This document shows, in pieces, positions 53,415 through 64,000 of a stretch of 64,000 nt of DNA (the stretch's first letter is position 1; each line of letters starts with the position of its first letter). The stretch is from assembly GCF_009914755.1 (NCBI RefSeq), contig NC_060927.1; one strand, given 5' to 3'. Source of the stretch: the human T2T-CHM13v2.0 reference genome, Homo sapiens. Both the position numbers and the translations under genes were made by a program. The notes under the pieces were generated by a model. The model searched no databases. It was given only the letters and a program-made list of their open reading frames with translations, and was not told the origin of the DNA.

Positions 53415-54212
53415 TTAGATAGCTAAATAAATATCAAAAAGTTGAACCTAACTAGTAGGTATACAAGATTTCACTGTGCTATCCTATCAATGTTTGCTGT
53501 AAGTAAACAAACTACAAGATAGGCGATTTTGTTTAGTTTCCAAGTCATGTAAAAAAATATCTACCTGTAATCCTAGCAAAACACAAGCATAAAATGTGGC
53601 CTTGGGTTGAGTGCAGTGGCTCATGACTGTAATCCCAGCACTTTGAGAGGCCAAGGTGGGATGATGGCTTGAGCTCAGGAGTTTGAGACTAGTCTAAGCA
53701 ACATAGTGAGACCCTGTCTCTACAATAACTAAAAGAATTAGCCAGGGATGGTGGTGCACACCTGTAGTCCCAGATACTCGGAGGCAGAAGTGGGAGGATC
53801 ACTTGAGCCCAGGAGGTCAAGGCTGTAGTGAATCATGATCATGCCACTGTATCCAGCCAGGGAGACATAGCAAGACCCTGTCTCTTTAAAAAAAAAATAA
53901 AAATAAATAAAGAAAAGTTTAATAAAATCTTTATAGAGCTTTTTAATAAAAGCCTTAGTGATGCAATGAAGAAAATTTTCTTTGAAAATCAAATATGTTA
54001 TCTGCATAATAAATCAATTTAACAACTTCTACATGGGGGTATATTCTCAATCGAAAAGTTACAGTAAGACTTGAAAAAATATAGGTCAGACTCAGGCCAG
54101 GTGTGGTGGCTCACGTCTGCAATCCCAGCTCTTTGGGACGCTAAGGCAGGCAGATTGCTGGAGTCCAGGAGTTTGAGACCAGCCTAAGCAACATGGCGAA
54201 ACCCTGCCTCTA

Positions 54213-54386
<174 letters not shown>

Positions 54387-54479
54387 TCAGACTCTGACAC
54401 TCTTTTGGTCAAACTGCTCCACTTGCTCCACTTTGCATAAAGACTTAAACATTAATATTTTACAATAGCCCACAAATTA

Positions 54480-54940
54480 CCTTAACATCTCATATGACCT
54501 CCCCTCCCCCACCAATCGAGCTATTATAACTTTACATGAGCCTCCTTGCTGTTCTTCAAGTATGCCAGGTAGCTCCTGCCCAGGGGGCTTTACACTGGCT
54601 TCTGCCAATACTGGGAACACTCTTACACTGGATGCCTACATAGCAGTCTTGCTCACCTTATTTACATCTTTGCTCAAAAGTCACTTTCTCAATGAGACTT
54701 TCCCTGATCATTTAAAATTGTAATTCCCACACTTTACTCATATCCTTGCAACCCTGCTTTGCTTTTCACCATAGCACATCAGCCAACATACTCTTCATAT
54801 ATAATTACATCTATACACGTTAAGTTTTACTTATTTGATTAGATTGCTGTCCATCTTACACTCTATAAATATAAAATATAAAGGGGAGAAATTTTGGTTT
54901 ACTTTGTTTACCAGTATCCTAGCATCCAGAACACAAAGAA
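54480..54940 (+). mobile_element. L2 LINE fragment
   Basis: gcctccttgctgttc...ctttgctcaaaagtcactttctcaatgag motifs. Confidence 0.7.
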
Positions 54941-56022
54941 ATGATGTGATAATATGATACACTGAGTTTGATTTTTTGTGATTATGTCCAAGAAAGCTTC
55001 TCTGGCACAGGCTCATGCACTGAATGACACTGACTGAATTTTGGTGTAAGGTTTTTGGTTTTTATTTGAGACATGGTCTCGCTTAGTCACCTAGGCTGGA
55101 ATGCAGTAGTGTGGATCACAGCTCTCTGTAGCTTGGGCTCAGGTGATCCTCTCACCTTGTCTTCCTGAGTAGCTAGGACTACAGGTTTGCACCACCATGC
55201 TCAGCTAATTTTTTTATTTTTACTTTTTGTAGAGATGGGGTCTTGCTATGTTGACCAGGCTGGTCTCGAAATCCTGGCCTAAAGCAATTCTCCTGCCTGC
55301 CAAAATGTTGGGATTACGAGCATAAGCCACAGCACCCAGGCTTCTGTGGGTTTTGTTGGCATTCAGTGGCATATAGAGGAAGTCAACCACAGCTGCTCTG
55401 CCTGATGCATTTGCCTATTTCAGGAGACAGGTGTTAAGTTCTCAAGAGGGCCTGGGCTCTTCAGCATTATATTTCCCATAGTATCTAAGACGGAATAGTA
55501 TTTTGGAGCTATTAAGCCTTTAAAGATGCTTGTTCAATGAATGAAAACCACACAGACACATCTACAAATTTTACTTCTGGCAGCCTGCTACAATGAAGAG
55601 AAGTAGAGCTTTGGGATTAGAGAGATTTAGGTTAAATTTCTGGTTCAGATACACACTTATGTAACCTCTCCATGCCTCAGTTTCCTTGCTTTTGCAAAAA
55701 AAAAAAAAAAAAAGTTACTTCCTCCAAAGGATTCTCCTGAAAAGAAACTCAAATGGCCAATCAAAAATCCCTATACAATGTGGACTAAATATGGGTACTC
55801 AGAAGTATTTTTTGTATGCCTAGAATGGTCCAGTCAATGAAAAACAAAAAATATATAAATGTACAGAAATTAATAGTTCTTGGTGAGTGACCATAGTTAA
55901 AAAGATGGACTGAAGAAGACCCTTCTCATAAGAAAACACTCATTTCCTAAATAATTCCTATGGGAAATCACTTAAAATATAAATGTAAGAGGTGTTTTGA
56001 GTGTTCATCCAGCTTTACTTTC

Positions 56023-56329
56023 TTTTTTTTTTTTTTTTTTGAGACGGAGTCTCGCTCTGTCGCCCAGGCCGGACTGCGGACTGCAGTGGCGCAATCTCGG
56101 CTCACTGCAAGCTCCGCTTCCCGGGTTCACGCCATTCTCCTGGCCTCAGCCTCCCGAGTAGCTGGGACTACAGGCGCCCGCCACCGCGCCCGGCTAATTT
56201 TTTGTATTTTTAGTAGAGACAGGGTTTCACCTTGTTAGCCAGGATGGTCTCGATCTCCTGACCTCATGATCCACCCGCCTCGGCCTCCCAAAGTGCTGGG
56301 ATTACAGGCGTGAGCCACGGCGCCCGGCC
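56023..56329 (-). mobile_element. AluYb8 (human-specific)
   Basis: diagnostic gcagtccgcagtccggcc duplication, ctaacaaggtg, gggaagcgg, gagattgcg; perfect TSD gctttactttc (56012-56022 / 56330-56340). Confidence 0.93.
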
Positions 56330-57590
56330 GCTTTACTTTCATTTCACCATATACATCATATATTTCTTTTCTTATCCAAATTCACAATGAAATGTTAGAT
56401 AGGTTAATGACAGGAACCCAAAACAAGTACTATATTTCTTAAGGAAGCTTATTTTCCCTATAGTATGATTTTACCATAGTTAATACCTATGTGTACACAT
56501 TTGTAACACAGTAAATTATCACAATAAATAGTACCATGAACCCACCACCCAAGTACACTATTATCTTGCTAAGTAAAATCCTATATCACTCGGTTTCAAA
56601 TCAGTGTGCTATGCAATAAGGCAGTATTTGTGACATGAAACGTAAGAGACATACTGTTGACTTCCTACTACAATTTTGTTGAGCCAATTCCCAAGGGAGA
56701 AACATTTGCTGTTTTTCAATTTATTCCATTTGTCAGAATCCAATATAAATCATATTATCTATAATAGTCCAGCATAAGTTACAGGGACCTATTCTCAACT
56801 CATTTGAAATATTTATGTTATGGTCTGTTTTCCTTACCCTTATTATAAGAGGACCCAAATTCTGTTGCTGCAATTAGTGAGTACAGAACACACTTGAAAG
56901 AAGTTAACTGGGAGGCTACTTCCAGATACCGTGAATGAATTTTACTGTTAATGCCACTCAAAGGTCAGCCCTTGTAGTCTCATGTGCCTCCTGTAGCAGT
57001 CTAACCTCTGCATGCTCCACAAACCATAAATTCACTAATGAATCAGGAGAATCCAGCCCCAAAGAAACCAAGGTTGCTAGATACTTCAGTCTTGTTTCAA
57101 AACCCACTAAACTAGAAATGGCTAAATTTGCAACCTATTTCATAGCCACTAATGCTCTATGGTATCGTCTACCAAAATGTGTTTTCAAAACATACATGTA
57201 AAAACACATCCCTCATTTGGCAAAGTACACAAATCTCACTGAATCAAATAAGACTGCCAATGTTTTTTCAACTCCATAACCACAGAGAACCAAAAGACCC
57301 TACAAATGAACCAATACCAAAAACATTTAGGAAATTAAGACCCAGGCTTCATTAGCCCCAGGTTTTTCCAGCCTATGCTGGGTACTGTCTGGTGGTGCAG
57401 AATCAACATAGAAGAACAGAGACGTGACTTCGCCTGCTAATTTCAGTCTCCATATAAGAAAAAGAAAATAAGTTAATTTTCAAACTAAGAATTATAGATA
57501 CTCTCAAATTGCTTTTAAATCAAAGAGTTGGTACTCTAGGTGTAACCAACGTTAAGAAGAGTTAGAACAATAATTTGCGCAGAGGACTGG

Positions 57591-58034
57591 GATCTTAGTC
57601 CATTTTCTGCTGCTATAAAAGCCTATCTGAAACTAGATAACTTATAAAGAAAAAGGGTTTATTTAGCTCACAGTTCCACAGACTTAGAAGTTCAAGGGCA
57701 TGGCCCCGATTCCTAGCAAAGGATTTTGTTCTGTGTCGCAACATGGCAGAGGAGGTCAAAGGAGACGCAGACAGGTGTACCAAGAAGAGAAACCTGAGGA
57801 GGGTCCTGAAATTATAACAACCCACTCTGAGGCGAATGAATCCATTACTGGGATAACTAATCCAATTCCCCAAGAGTGAGAGTGGAAACTCATTCACTAC
57901 TACAAGAATAGCACCAAGCCATTTATGAAGGATAGGCCTCCACAACCCAAACACCTCCCAACACCATAACACTGGGGATCAAAGTTCAATATAAGTTTTG
58001 GTGAGGACAAAGAAACCATATCCAAACCCCAGCA
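57591..58034 (-). mobile_element. MST-family (ERVL-MaLR) solo LTR
   Basis: minus strand begins tgctggggtttggatatgg and ends ...aaaatggactaagatc; typical MST body. Confidence 0.85.
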
Positions 58035-59022
58035 GCAGGGATAAGAGGCTTCATTAATCTGAAAATGTTTCCATATAAGCAAAATGAGATGGCTAGACTG
58101 GCACTTAATTCAAACAAAGTAGAGAGAACAACAGGGGTAGGCCCTATGCAAACTCATAAAAAATGGTAAGATTTTAGGTTTGAAAGGACCTCACTGATAT
58201 CCACTTGAACTGCCAAGAAGGGAGCACTAGGTGTTTATATGATATGTTCTGTAGAGCACTAGCTAGCAATTTTAATTTTTACTTCCTATTATCTTTATTC
58301 TAAGAGTAAATGAAAAAGACAATAGCCAGCAATGGTGTCATGTGCCTGTAGTTCTAGCTACTTGGGAAGCTTAGGTGGGAGAAATCCCTTGAGCCTGGGA
58401 GGCAGAGGTTGTGATGGGCTGTGATCACGCCACCGTACTCCAGCCTGGGTGACAAAGCGAGACACTGTCTCAAAAAAAATAATAATAGGCCAGGCACGGT
58501 GGCCCACGTCCATAATCCCAGCACTTTGGGAGGCTGAGGCGGGCAGATCACTTGAGGTAAGGAGTTGGAGACCAGCCTGGCCAATATGGTGAAACCCTGT
58601 CTCCACCAAAAATACAAAAATCAGCCAGGTGTCGTGGCACACACATGTAATCCCAACTACTTGGGAGGCTGAGACAGCAGAATCGCTTGAGCCTGGGAGG
58701 TGGAGGTTGCATGCAGTGAGTTGAGATCACACCACCATACTCCAGTCTGGGTGACAGAGCGAGACTCTGTCTCAAAACAAAAAATAATAATAATTAAAAA
58801 GACAAATGAAAATCACTGTATCTAAAGCACAGTGTATATAAATTTCATACCAGTGAGATAAAGATGGAAATAATTAGGCAAAATGACACCTATAGTTCTT
58901 TAATCACCAGACATACATAGTTTCATAATGATAGAAAAGAAAAATATTAATGAACAATGTAAAAAATGCTGGGAATATACTACAAATAATTACAGAGACA
59001 ATAATGTTTTTAGGTTGGCTCA

Positions 59023-59331
<309 letters not shown>

Positions 59332-60014
59332 CTACGTATAAAGTTGCTTTATTAATTTCACTCCTCTTTAAGACTGATTAAAGAGAAACAGGTAATTAAG
59401 TCCTTAATAGCAAAAATGTCTCCTTTCTAACATCATAAAACAGCACTAGTAAACAATACATTACAGAAAGTATCTAATAATACCTGTTCTTCTACAGATG
59501 AGATAATTCAGAGCTAACCAGCAAAGGTAAATTGCTTTTTAAAGCCCTATGGCTATGAAGGGTAGAAAGAAAGGTAGAACCTAAGTCTCAACTTCTCAAA
59601 TCCAATGATGACAATGCAGTCTACAAGAGAGGCACTTTTCATACCAAGAAACAAAGAGACTGAAAGTAACAAGATGGAAAAGTAAATCGATGTAAACAGA
59701 AACCAGGTCTGGCATGGTGGCTCATGCCTGTAATCCCAGCACTTTGGGAGGCAGACATGGGTGGATCACTTGAGCCAAGGAGTTCGAGACCAGCCAGGAA
59801 ATATGGTGAAACCCCGTCTCTACTAAAAATACAAAAATTAGCAGGGCATGGTGGTATGCGCCTGTAGTCCCAGCTACTTGAGAGGCTAAGGCAGGAGGAT
59901 CACTTGAGCCCAGGAGGTGGAGGCTGAGGTTGCAGTAAGCCAAGAGCATGCCACTAAACTCTAGCCTGGGCAACAGAGTCAGACTCCATCTCAACAACAA
60001 CAACAACAACAACA

Positions 60015-63990
<3,976 letters not shown>

Positions 63991-64000
63991 AAAACAATGA

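Overview
Human/primate genomic DNA lying entirely inside SMARCC1 (BAF155, core SWI/SNF subunit), which runs on the minus strand. Five consecutive coding exons are present (41851-41796, 39213-39099, 38421-38267, 25403-25269, 13394-13133; probably exons 22-26 of 28, numbering from memory). All have GT-AG boundaries and phases that join into 241 in-frame codons: the acidic linker, the C-terminal coiled coil and the start of the Q/P-rich tail. The rest is intron with roughly 60-70 Alu elements or monomers (including a human-specific AluYb8), old L1, L2, CR1/L3 and MIR relics, hAT and Tigger MITEs, MaLR LTRs (one two-LTR MLT1 provirus) and microsatellites. Almost all ORFs in the supplied track are Alu artefacts. 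I see no convincing new multi-gene system. The best leads are: (i) template-switch scars, namely a 33-bp exact copy of L1 sequence placed on the other side of the 56-nt exon and a perfect 28-bp-arm hairpin; (ii) candidate cryptic, poison or alternative terminal exons in the intron after the 262-nt exon; (iii) abutting inverted Alus and frame-symmetric exon blocks relevant to editing and circRNA. Repeat coordinates and subfamily names are by eye and approximate. Only a subset of Alus is listed individually.
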